Shown: positions 24,650 to 36,458, counted from the first letter of the stretch. The stretch: 64,000 bases of DNA from Takakia lepidozioides (GCA_030704615.1 CM060731.1:77128001-77192000); one strand, 5' to 3'. Numbers and translations: made by a program. The notes: generated by a model not told the origin, from the sequence alone.

Positions 24650-26945
24650 TTTGAAATGATGAAAACCTGTACAGCTTTCTTTACAGGAAACATGAGGTAT
24701 TTGAACATATGATAGAAAAACCCCAAAACCTGGGAAAGAGCAAAGAAGGGAGGAAAGGGAAGCAAGCTAAACTAAACTATTCAAACTTCTCAATCATCCC
24801 AACCTACTACTTGAAGTAGGTCAGAGGGCAACATGGGTGTAACGTCTGGGAGATTTGGGAGGTGGGATGAAGCCGATCCAGCTATGTCTGCCCAATGTAA
24901 AATGGCCATTGCTTGAGCTCTCTGTAATGCAGCGGCCACTTTTTGTCTATAAAAGGCCACAAGAACGGAGGCATAAGCTGGAATGCCCGCAGTCTTGTTT
25001 TGGGCCGCTTCATGGGCACATGAATGGAGTAGGTCGTCAAACTGGCGATGGAGACAGCCGAATATCTCTACAGCCAAGGGGATGAAAGTGTCGGTGGGAT
25101 TTATGTCCTGATAGTCGCGTTCCTTGACTTGAGCAGCAACCAAAACAAGGCCGCGGAGCCCTGAGAAGATGCCGAACGTGAAAGTAGGTCGGATCGGGTA
25201 GGTCGGCAATGACAACGTCGGCTAGGGTGCGAAGACCGTCTTTGGACAGGATGATGTCGACGCGTCGTCATGTGGACTGAAGAGTATGAGAAGGGAGGAC
25301 ATGAGATTGCTCTCGCATGACATGGAAACCAGCCTCTCATGTAATCGATGCGACAGCATCTCGGACGACGTCATGGGTAGCGGTGCGATCTCCCCCACAT
25401 GGACATCGAAGGAGATGGACAGCAAGTGCGTCGATAAACACAATATCGCAGACCTAACACAGAAGGATGCGGTAACCCAAGTCACAAACGAAGAGCCGTG
25501 GCAAAGATGGATGATGACAAGCGAAAGGGGGTGATGGTGGGTCGAGTTGTCAGCCATGCGCCTACACCTGGCCCTGCACAGGATAGAAGCCTGGCACGAT
25601 GCACATCAGAGGAAGAGCTACTGGAAAGCATGTCGGAGAAGGAGTGTTGGTGCACGCGGTCCATGAGAGTCTCCTGTAGGTGATCGATGCCTTGGGCAAG
25701 CAACTGCTCGAATGGAGGAAGATGCGCTCGTGCTGGTGCTGGAAGAAGATCTCGTGCAGAGTGAAGATGTTGTTGGAAAGGGAAGATGCCAGTGTCGACG
25801 TGATCAATGGGGTCCATGAGCAGGGGTCATTGACTGCACAAAAAATTGGATACAAGGGCAGGGGCAATCAAAGCCCAGCTGCCCAAGAACGCAGAGGCGG
25901 AAGTGTTGACTGTGGAGAGCAAGCCTACACCTCCAAAGGAGATGGGAAGGACAGCCTGTTGGCGCGCTAGAGCCCCCTCGGATCCATCCAAAGCCCCCGG
26001 TCCCAGAAGACGACCAAAGACATTCATGATGGTAGCATCAAACGGCCTGGACAATAACCGCAAAAACTAAGGGGTATGGGGGAAAGTCCTGAGAAGATAG
26101 GATGGCCGCTGGATAAAACATTTTGTCAGGATGCCATACGCTACCTGTAGGTCCCCGAGGCAAGGAAGGAGGTTGGAATGAATGACATCTTGATCAAGGG
26201 CATTCTCCAATAAAGAGGAAGTGAAAGAAGTGGTACCAAGGGGGACGCCCAGGACGCAAATGCCGTCAGACGGTGTGATGAAGTGTGCGAGAGGTACAAA
26301 GTCTAGGGGTAAGCCGGCAAGAGACCATGCAACACACTTGCGAGGTTGAACTGATAGCCCCACACCCTGAAGCTGAGTGACAAAGTGGTTGTATGCAGGA
26401 AGCTCCTCGGAGGCTGGGCCAATGATGTGAGTGTCGTCAGCAACTGAGGGGAATTGGCACGTTTGGGAATGTTGCTGCAGATGACATAGATGTGCCATGG
26501 CAAACAAAGGTCCCCCCAAAGGATTGCCCTGTCGGGTGCCAACCTCAGACCAGATGACAGTGAAGTCGCCTGTACAAGAATGGTGACTGTAGAAAAGGGG
26601 GGTTGCAGAAGCATAGAACAATCTAACAAAAGGGATGAGTTGGTGAAAATCTCCTCCAGCTAAGCGAAGTTTTTGGAAGATGGCGCTGCGGGAGACGGAG
26701 TTGAAAGCATTTGCTACATCGACTTGAAACACAACCGAGTCCGGGTGAAGGTCGAGAATAGCCCGAATCCCATGTACCACAGCCTCACAACCGCCTGGAG
26801 TGGCAACGCCAAACTGATGTGGGAAGAGGTGGGCAGAGAATGCATCACGGTACCGTCTGACAAGGGAACGGCTGACAAGACGATACAAAACTTCCCCGAT
26901 TGCAATGGGACGGATGCCATTTCCAGAGTGCTTGGTCAGGGCATA
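24650..26945 (-). mobile_element. 5'-truncated, frameshifted CRE-like non-LTR retrotransposon (RT plus C-terminal restriction-like endonuclease)
   Basis: GIRPIAIGE, QFGVATPGGCEAVVH, DVANAFNSVSR, GTRQGNPLGG, VADD, LPISFGGVGL, GAWL, then AAQVKERDY...FIPLAVEIFG...QRAQA typical of the REL tail; 3' UTR ends in (CATTT)-like repeats. Confidence 0.85.
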
Positions 26946-26968
26946 GTCAGAGGGCAGCTACCGTGTGA

Positions 26969-27322
26969 GCAGCTCACGTGAGCACGCTCACGCTTAAAGT
27001 GGAAAACGTGAGCAGAATCCCTTAAGCGTGAGAAGATTCCAAGTGTGAGCAGATTAGTGAATGGGAGCCTACAACCGAGGGAATAAGAGGGCCTATTGCC
27101 GTGGACAAAAACTACAATGCACAGACGCATGCACACCCCATCCGACGGGACAATCCAAGCTCCATGACGACCGTATGGTACGAATGTGTGATGAAAAAGC
27201 CGACGGATGAATGGTTTCAAGATGAATGAAAAGTGGAAAGGATGAATGGTGGATGACTGTTGGGGATGAGAAATGAGCGAAATGGATGAACCATGACTTC
27301 ATTTTTGTTTCACGTGGAGCAA
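26969..27322. mobile_element. Possible MITE remnant
   Basis: Imperfect inverted ends (gctcacgtga ... tcacgtggagc) around GGATGA-rich low-complexity sequence. Confidence 0.3.
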
Positions 27323-27559
27323 TTGCATCTCGAGTGTATCCTGAATTTCAGATTTGTCGGCTGATCCTGGTAGTACTTACTTTGAGGGAACTTGAAAGAA
27401 ACTGCTGAAGTTACAAGGCAATTACATACAGGAGTAAATTTGAGTTACCTTATGGACTCTTCTGATGGGGGTGGGGCTGCAGAGGAGGAGGATAGAACAT
27501 GAGAAGTGGAGGACAAAACAAAATCGCAGAAAATTTTCTCCAAAAACAATGAACCCAAA

Positions 27560-28101
27560 AAATTGAGTCCAAAAAAACTTTGAAGGCGGTGTGTGTCCAA
27601 GTGGGGGGGGATTAAGGTGTCGTCAACGACATCTTAATTCCCACCTCATGTTGCCACAAACATTTCATGGAAAATTCCAAAAACCAGAAAAATTGAATCC
27701 AACAAAACTTTCAAGCCGACACCTGTGCAGGTCGCGGGGATTAAGGTGTCGTCAACGACATATCCCACCAGCTGCTGCCACATGTCTTTTCAGATTATGG
27801 CCCAAAAATGGAAAAAACAGAAATCCAACAAAACTTTGAAGGCGGTGCGTGTGCAGGTCGGGGCGATTAAGGTGTCGTCAACGACATCTTAATTCCCACA
27901 ACCAGTTGCGATATGACAGTTCATGGAAAAACCCAAAGAACCAAAAAAAATTGAATCCAGAAAAGCTTTCAAGGCGGTGCGTGTGCAGGGGGGATTAAGG
28001 TGTCATCAACGACATCTTAATTCCAACAACCTCAACAGAATTTTCAAGGCGGTGCGTGTGCAGGTCGAGGGGATTAAGATGTCGTCAACGACATCTTAAT
28101 T
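27560..28101. repeat. Palindrome array 1: 5 units, period ~128 bp (last ~79 bp)
   Basis: gattaaggtgtcgtcaacgacatcttaat at ~27610, 27739 (right arm deleted), 27865, 27993, 28072, each preceded by a variant of aaggcggtgcgtgtgcagg. Confidence 0.95.
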
Positions 28102-28231
28102 GGAAAAACCACCAACCCCAATACAAACAAATCGAAAACAGATTCAACCAAAACAGTAATGGGACATGTTAAAAACATTACATTGAACAAAGTGGAGTCA
28201 TTGTCAAAGAATCCAACTCCTTCTGAACACC

Positions 28232-29958
28232 TCACATTTCAGTAATCCTATCACGTTGCAGAAGTGTATGAACGTCAGTGGGACCCATTGTACACTGGTG
28301 AATGCACGTGTCTCGGTGAGGATCACAAAACATCATGTGAATGTAGATGTAGTATAGGTGTTTGCACGGGACAAATTTGGTTTCTTTCCAATAGAGCTTG
28401 ATAAAGTGTTCTGGAAGTCCGGGCATGTGCAATTTGGAAAATTGCCAACAGTTACCTCATAAGTCCTGTCGTGAACAACAGAACCCGATGTCACCATACT
28501 GTACACCCGCCCATAGTCTGGAGGGGGGACATTGACAACTTGGGTCACCCGACACTGCAGGTTTCTTGCTTACTCAATTTTGCACTCGTTTTCGGGACCT
28601 GCCTCAACACGACGGACCGGTTTTCCATTTCGTTTCGTAGGCCAGTCGTTCCCATGTGGTGGACATGGGGGGAATGCGGATTGCAAACCCCGACATGAAA
28701 CTGGTGTTATGACTACTGGGCCTCTTGGAAGACGAAACCCGGCATCCTCCAGCATCTCAATTTCTTGCTTCGACAAACATGTTCCCAACTTCACTGGCCA
28801 CACGGCTGGAATTTGAGGCTTGCTGAGGACTGAATCCCGGCAAGTCCCCATCACACAACGCTGAATGTCATCAGGGCAAAACCAGAACTTGTGAGGCCTG
28901 GACTCTCGTGTACCATAATGTTTGAATAAACCAGTGAAAGACGGGGCAGGAGTCCCGCCTCCACCCCTAGAAATCTTGCTGGTGCACTTCACAAAGGATA
29001 ACGCCCTAACAGCAGAACACCCAACTTTTGATCCTTGGGCTGTCCATTCAATGTGCCATATTGCATCAACACAATCGGACTCTTCCACCGCCAGCATCAT
29101 CTCTCTCTCTTCTTGCACTGGAGCAGAGGGATATGAAGCATTGTATACAGCAGAAGAACAGGCACCGACAGAGGGACTGCCAGATTCGAATGTCGGAAAT
29201 ATATTGGAAGTTTTCGTCCGGCACCATGGATGTCCATCGTGCTTCTTGTCCATGCCCGCCATTCGTCCTACCAATCCCCCAGAGGATGTCGCTGGTGACA
29301 GCTCAAAAATGATATCACCATTAAATTCATTGGGTAGGTATTTTGCTCTAACGATTCGCTGTGTATCCCAGTCAATGCCTCTCACATCACTCTTGCATCC
29401 TAGCAACCCCCTCAAGGACTGCAACTTCGGAATGACACTTGCAATCTCTTGCACATCGGGGGCCCCCAGCAGACGTTGATTTGGAGGAGGTGGGAGCTCC
29501 GACACGTCCTCTTCTGAGCTATCGGAGATATCAACAAATGTGGTGGAGGTTGTCTCTTCTCTTTTGATGGGCAGAGTTTTGGGCACCTGAACCACCAAAG
29601 CTACTGTTCCGGGCGTGACTATGGAACCTTCCGACAGACATCTTTGATCCCCATGAACGCGATACTTTGCTGGTGGAACTCTCCACTCTCGCCAACTGCT
29701 AGACAAATGTGGTTTCTGAACGCATGTGCCCTCGACCTTCCCCACTTTGTCATACACCTCTCTCACTACATGTACAGTCCCTGCCTCCAAGCGGAAGGTT
29801 ACACAAAGCAAGTCTTCTTGCACTACGGTGAGCCATTCACGTCGGCTACGGCACTCAGGTACTCCGCTTGCGCGTTGGAGTAGAAAACAGCGACGTCGGA
29901 GTTGAGAGACATTGCATGAACGAGCACGGGAGTCTGGGCAGTGGAGAGCAGGTGACAA
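28232..29958 (-). pseudogene. Transposon-borne SWIM zinc-finger protein (in-frame stop at 28570, frameshift near 28390)
   Basis: 462-aa ORF continues past one stop into YEVTVGNFPNCTCPDF...PCKHLYYI (CxC..CKH SWIM); internal block YLPNEFNGDIIFEL...GMDKKHDGHPWCRTKTSNI. Confidence 0.75.
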
Positions 29959-30418
29959 GAGTACACCAGGAAGGCCAAATTCTGCGAACCACTTCCTGAC
30001 AATGTCTCAGTGGATCCACCGACTGAAGGTACTGAGGCAAATTATTTCTTTGCATGCTGTTTAGTAGCCGGTTTTGACTCTGACAGATACTGGTGAATTT
30101 TATCTCATTAATGTCAGATCACAGACCGCCGGACACATGATTCTGACAGGCAAGAATTGCGGCCGACTTTGCAGATGCCACATCCTCAGTGACTGCGCTG
30201 TCGAACCCCTTATGTCAAACATGGATACGTGGCATGCCAATTTTTACATGTCTTGCAAGGGCAACAGGTGTCGAGTTCTCTGCGAGACAGCCCGCAAGCA
30301 TCCCGCCGAAAAACGAAAACCCCAATTATGAGCCGTTACGTTTTTGGATGATTTGTCATTCCTTGAGAGGGAGGGATGAAAACCTAACCGCCATCCACTT
30401 TTGCCATTTGCCGGAGGG

Positions 30419-33400
30419 ATGTCTTCGGAGGTTACATTCTGACATTCATCATTTCAGACTCGCCACACTGGAGCATCCCAAGAACGAGAGCGTTTCCGCA
30501 AAGAAGAGAGCGAGAAGGTAGTCTTTGTACTTCACGTCTGCTAGGCAGAGGTTGAGAGTAAAGAGAGGATGAAGAAAGCTAGGAGGGCTTTGAATTTGTC
30601 TGAGGGAGGGAGTGATCGCGAGGGGGAGGGTTTTGTGGGCGAAGGGATGGAGAGTAGGGCAGGTAAGGAGCCCATTCTGGACAAGTAGCTCAAGGATCTG
30701 TTGGAGCTCACTCTATTGCAACCGATACAGGAGGAGGAAGTCGAAAGGGAGAGCAGTGCTCCTGCGGAGGAGGAGGCAACGCAGCAAAGTCCGCAGAGGG
30801 GCCTGGGCCTGCCGACAAGGGGGCGGCCCTCCTCCATGCAACTGTCTTTGCGTCCGTTGAAGGAGAAGGCTCAAGCGGAAAACAGCGCGGGTTGGGAGAG
30901 GAGAACACTTCCAGCGGTGGACAGAGTTTGATCCAGGTGAGTACAATAGCGCATTGGCTTTAGATGACCTTGTTCCCTGACTCGTAGCGATAAGAAGAAC
31001 AGTAAGAAACATACATTTGAGTCTGTTTGAAGATGACATTGACGATAGCTTAAAACGGCATTGCATCATGTCCACCATTGCATTCACAAGGGTTTCGAAC
31101 AAGACGACAACGAAGTGATTGCTTAATCTGCCACCTCCGCGAGGCATAGTCCTTCGTTCTGGCGAGCCCAATGCTGTCTCTGTATGAGTGCAGTAGCCTG
31201 CAATATAGATGGCGTTGACGACACCTTAATCTGGGCCTGCAACGCTTACCTTCATTATGCTTTTTGGCAGAGAAAGCGGAAGAAGGCTTGGGAGAGTCAG
31301 CGTCCGATCTCATCCGTGGATCCTGGAGTTCAAGAGCAGACCATGCCAGAGCAGGGTCATGTCGCTCAGGAGGAGGAGGTGCAAATAATGCAGTGTCCAC
31401 GATTGGTCTCAGGCACTGAGGAGAAGTAGAAAACACACAAGTGCCTCCGCAATCCGTGAAGGAGAAGAGCCAGGTGCAAGGCAGAAGGCGTGCAAGGGGG
31501 GGGGGGGGGGGGTCTTCCAGCGGAGGAACGAAGCCAGAGAAGGTTAGTTCATACATTCGAATCCATGGTTTTTGCAACACAAAGGAGTTAGATTGAGGTG
31601 TCGCTAACGCCACCTAAAAGGTCACCTTTGCGGGTAATGGTGTACGTAGGAAGGTTAAGGTGAAGGAAGATTAAGGTGTCGTCAACGACACCTTAATCTG
31701 CCACTGCGTTCAACCAAAAACATTGAGAAAACACCCAAGAACTACAACACATTAAGTTGTTGTCAACGACAGCTTAATCTGCCACTGCATTCAACCTCGA
31801 ACATGGGTAAATCACCTAGAAAAAAAACAGATTAAGGTGTCGTTGACGACATCTTAATCTGCCTCTCCATTCAATTCAAAATATGGGAGAAACACCCTAG
31901 AACTGTAGCAGATTAAGGTGTCGTTGACGACATCTTAATCTACCAATGAATTGAACCCAAAAAATGGGAAAAACAGTCTTGTACTACAACAGATTAAGGT
32001 GTCGTCAACGACACCTTAATCTGCCTCTGCAATCAAAATAAACATGGGAGAAACACTCTAGATCTACAGCAGATTAAGCTGTCGTCAACGACTGCTTAAT
32101 CTGCCACTGCATTCAACCTCAAACATGGGGAATTCACCCTAGAAAAACAACCGATTAAACTGTCGTTGACGACATCTTAATCTGCCAATGAATTCAACAT
32201 AAAACATCCAAAAAACACCCTACAACTACAGCAGATTAAGGTGGCATTGACAACATCTTAATCTGCTTCTGCATTCAGTCCAAAACATGAGAAAAACACC
32301 CTACAACTGTAGCAGATTAAGGTGTCATTGACGACATCTTAATCTCCAATGAATTGAACCCAAAACATGAGAAAATCACTCTGGAACTTCAGCAGATTAA
32401 GGTGTCGTTGACGACACCTTAATCTGCCTCTGCAATCAACATAAACATGGGAGAAACACTCTAGAACTACAGCAGATTAAGATGTCGTCAACGACACCTT
32501 AATCTGCCACTGCATTGAACCTCAACATAGGAAAATCACCCTAGAAAAATAGCAAATTAAGCTATCGTTGACGACATCTTAATCTTGCCATGATTGTGTG
32601 TCTTAATACATTGCATTTTGCAGAAAAAGAGAAAGAAAGCCGGGGGAAGCCAGCCTGCAGAGGAAACAGTTGTTCTTGAAGACAGGGACATTGTTGTGGA
32701 CGCCAACTATGAAGCCAAGGTGCACTCTCTTATGTACACCACCAAGGTGAACTCGAGGAAAGTCATCAACTCCATAGAAGTGAAAGACGGCACTCTTTTC
32801 ATTCCTCTGTGCCGGATGATTTCTATGCCAGCAGTTCGGCCTGCCCGTCACCACGATATCAAGAAGCCACAGGGGGACTTTATCCATGGGTACTTGAAGG
32901 GTTCGGCTGTGTTTTACGTGTCGCTGACTGATATCCAGGGATCTGAGAAATTGGTGGACCTCGATGTAATGGACAGTTGGACCCGCTTCGGAAAGAAGTG
33001 AATACGGATACTCCTGCTTATGTTGGGCATTTTGACATTTGGGGAGGAGGTCTGCACATAGACCCAGATTGCGACCCAGTCGAATCTGATGTTGTTCACA
33101 ACTATGTGGATGCGTCCCAGACTCTGAAAAAGACTGGAGGAATTCCATGGAGAGGTGTCCGAGAGAAGTCGCCCGCGTTCATGCAGACCTTCATTGAAAC
33201 ATGCAGCCGGCATGGTGGCAAAGTGGTTGACCTCTCCATGGGCACAAGTGCATGCCGAAACTCTTCTCCATTCGTCGTTGCACATGTTCATCTCCTGTTT
33301 TGCTTCTGACATGGTTTCGTGCTTTCATTCGCTATCCTACAGGGGCTTCGTTCCATGCCTGCAAGTGTGCAGGAAGACATCTTTTTGGGTTTGAGGGGGA

Positions 33401-33540
33401 CGAGGAGCTTTACTCTCGAGTCATTGCTCCACTCTCTGAGGGAATCCTCGCATTCGACCCAGACTGAGAAGATTATTGAGGAGCAGGATCTGCAAGAGCC
33501 GGATGCTCTGGATGTGGATTCGGATTTTTCATGTGAATAA
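30419..33540 (+). pseudogene. Spliced gene: low-complexity N-terminus, ParB-like region, and beta-class amino-DNA-methyltransferase SAM-binding C-terminus; internally deleted
   Basis: Putative exons ~30459-30517, 30545-30936 (one stop), ~31271-31541, 32624-33247, 33343 onward. IPLCRMISMPAVRP...HGY..GSAVFYVS; then PWRGVREKSPAFMQTFIETCSRHGGKVVDLSMGT|(G/R)ASFHACKCAGRHLFGFEGDEELY, which follows the N6_N4_Mtase pattern KP..L...I...S..G..VLD.F.G.G.T..A....GR...G.E. No DPPY/SPPY motif is visible. The ParB call rests on recalled similarity only. Confidence 0.65.
31668..32586. repeat. Palindrome array 2: 12 units, period 80-81 bp, intronic
   Basis: agattaaggtgtcgt[ca|tg]acgaca[c|t]cttaatctg at ~31668, 31749, 31829, 31910, 31991, 32071, 32152, 32233, 32314, 32394, 32474, 32554; degenerate copies at ~31030, 31205, 31590. 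Confidence 0.97.
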
Positions 33541-33948
33541 GTGCATGTTTTTTTGTGGCAACTCATAGACCCCATGACGGATCCTTTTGGTGCTCTCATG
33601 CATACAAGAAGCCCTCTTGTTTCCTCTCATGCTTTCTTTCAGTCCTCTTTCATTCTTGGATCAGCCTGAGCCTCAGCCTGAGGTCTCTTCCTTTTAAGCA
33701 CCCCTATTTCATTCTAGTTTAGGGTTCAGCCTTCTTGCTGGTTTTGAGCACTCTTGCTTTCTTGTCTTCATTTCTTGACGCCCTCTTGGTTTCAACCTGT
33801 TTTGATTCTTTCATCTCTGCAGCACATCATCTTCAACCAACACCATGCCCACAAGTGCGAGCTCATCCAATGGCCGTGGCCCCAGTTCCATTCAGCAGCC
33901 TGATGCAGGTATGCTTGGCAACCTCACTCCCTTCGTCGCACGACACAT

Positions 33949-35006
33949 TTGGATGATGGGTCTAAAATCATGTATAGTGCGTCAAAAAGCGAGGGCGACG
34001 CAGGTGAAGCATGGGCGGTGTGCGAACTTGTGAATTTGCGTTTCAAGTACCCCACTCTAAGTAAATTTTGTGACTACTTGGAGCAGGAGTGGGTTCCTAA
34101 AGTTAAAATGTGGACATTGGGTTCTCGCAACATTCCACACGCAGGACAAAGACACAAATGCCGCCATTGAAGCTTATCATGGAAATCTGAAGGCACAGCT
34201 GAAATGCACAAAGACTAAACTGGTCAGCAGACAAGTCGATTGGCTCATTCATGAACTCACAGGTGATTTGTTCACTCATTACTGGTATATGTCCTATACC
34301 AAAACATATGGCTTCATCCGTAATAAGCGAATCGAAGGCTTCGTCTGTAGCTCTATTTTGCTTGCCAAACAGATTCCGGATTGCAATGTCAACCTTCCGC
34401 AGACAGAAGGGGGCATCGCAACTGTCAAATGTATTTGGGATGACGGGACTACTTATACGGTTCACAATGTTGCGATTGTCGTCATGCCCGCAAAGGGAAT
34501 ATGTGTGCGCATCAGGTGAAGGTTTTGCAAATGATGCATCCCAACTTGGAAGATGGCACCATAGCAAAATACTGTGGAAGCCTTATTGGCAGCAGCAGAG
34601 GAGGCCTTCATAGCCTGTTTGCACCACCGCAATCACCCACATCAATGCGCTCCAAAGCGCTTCCCTTCCTTCCACACACAACTCATCACCATATTCGTCT
34701 CAGAAAAGTCCAGGACTGCCATTGCTGGGAATGATATCAACTGAGTTCGAGCGGGTTCTCGACATGACTAGACAGAGCACGGTTTTGCAGCAACACCTTC
34801 TTGCTATGGTTCGAGCAGCCAAAGGGAAAATTTGCGATTTGACGTCCACAATGGAGGAGGGTATTCATCATCTCACTGAGGTTGACGATGGAAACACCAA
34901 GTCACTTGTGAGATGGAAGGATTTTCTGGAGGCACGCGATAGAAAGCGTCATCTGCCACCTGTGCCTGAACGAATGAATGCGAAGAGGCAATTGTACACA
35001 TCCTGA
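33949..35006 (+). pseudogene. C-terminal half of the MULE/SWIM transposase (inverted relative to its N-half)
   Basis: FCDYLEQEWVPKVKMW...PHAGQ(D)TNAAIEAYH.NLK...RQVDWLIHEL (catalytic E) and SWIM CDC...GNMCAHQVKV across frameshifts; At1g60560/At4g13970-like family. Confidence 0.85.
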
Positions 35007-35599
35007 TGAGGATGGGGCAGGCGGAAATTCAGATGTCTTCTTATGACGTGCTTGGCCACAATGACATTGCAGTATGCTGAGTGTAAGAATGCGTTTGTTT
35101 TCATGACGTTTCATGGCATTCTGTTTCATCTTCTTCTGTAAAGACAGTTGTTGCGTTGCACATGCAAATGGAATGAGCTCACTCAGTGACTGAAAATATT
35201 GATGCATGGTGGATCGTCGCGAACTGTGAAGGGCCAGGCCTATTGAAACCCCAGGCCAAATAAACCGCATAGGCTGGAAATTGAGGAAACTGCAAAGTTT
35301 TCTTGTTTTCTATGGAATGTATGGAGGGGTTTGTTCTTAAAGCTACATTGTACATTTTATGTATGCAGCAGAGTACATATCCATATTCCCTTCGCTCCAT
35401 GCCTGCATTTCACCCTTGATTAACGTGATTTTGTATGCCAGGCGAAGTTGTTATGTTGCATGGAAATGGTATTACAGTATTCATAGCATTTCCGTGGTGA
35501 AAGAAAACGCCATTTGTGAAGTCGCATCCCTTGCATTCATTTTCATCTTTTGTAAGGAGATTTGGTGCGTTGCAATGACATGGAATGAGCTCCCTCAGT

Positions 35600-36260
35600 G
35601 ACTGTAAACATTGCTGCATCCAAGTGGTATGCAAGGGGTTTGGTGTTCCACCCTCCAACAGGATACAACAACCATGACCCAAGCTCTGGCACTTGGCGAA
35701 AATATGCGAATGTTTACATAAGCCATACAGTCGTGGATGTCACGAAGCCATGGCCACACTTAACAAGAGTGTATGGAATTGGTGGTGCGGGAATGACAAC
35801 AGTTCGTATGTGAAACTCCATCGACCTTGTCTTCTCGGAAATTTACATGAGACACATAAATGATAGGTCATAACTGAACTGTGCTCGCATCCTGAACATG
35901 AGGATGTGGGAACTCAAATTTATAGCAACCTTGTGCCTGTGCATGATGTTCACGGGTGTTCAGGTGTGTTGTCCAACTGTATTGTATGAGGCCACCAAGC
36001 AAAACTCCCTGAACAGAAGGATGACCATATGAATCATAGCACAAATGACTCATAGCACTAGTATTTTATGTCATGTGCAGCTTGCCCAAAGTCAAGTGCC
36101 CCTCATACTTGCAGTCATACGAGGTGAAACAGAGAGCGAGGACGTGAAGGGATGGGCGTGGTAGAAAGGTTGTCATGCAAACTAGAGCGGTTTTTTCATG
36201 TGGGTGCATCAGTCTATGCAAAGAAGACATCGAAGATGTAAAGACATCCAATAGTAACAA
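35600..36260 (-). pseudogene. Possible decayed cargo ORF of unknown function
   Basis: ORFs 36066-36260 and 35868-36053 share a frame, and the frame continues to ~35600 with only three stops; no recognisable motif. Confidence 0.3.
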
Positions 36261-36458
36261 ATGGAATAGTCAAAATAAGGAAAGCAATTTTACTTCCTCC
36301 CGCCCACACAAGAAGGAGCTGCATCGCCTTCATAGGGCAATGCTATGTCTGGAAAATGAAGCCTTACTTCATGACATGAAGTTTTGAACAAAGAAAACAT
36401 AAAAAAAAATGCTGCATAGCAAGATACATTGCTGATGACAACCGTAAGATCCAGCACG

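Noticed and set aside
28922-29479. 185-aa plus-strand ORF and similar long ORFs (32603-33148, 49321-49902, 53334-53807, antisense PPR ORFs)
   Set aside because: They are antisense shadows of real coding sequence.
31668-32586. Bona fide CRISPR array
   Set aside because: Spacers are homologous to each other with higher-order periodicity, no cas genes are present, and the context is a eukaryotic intron.
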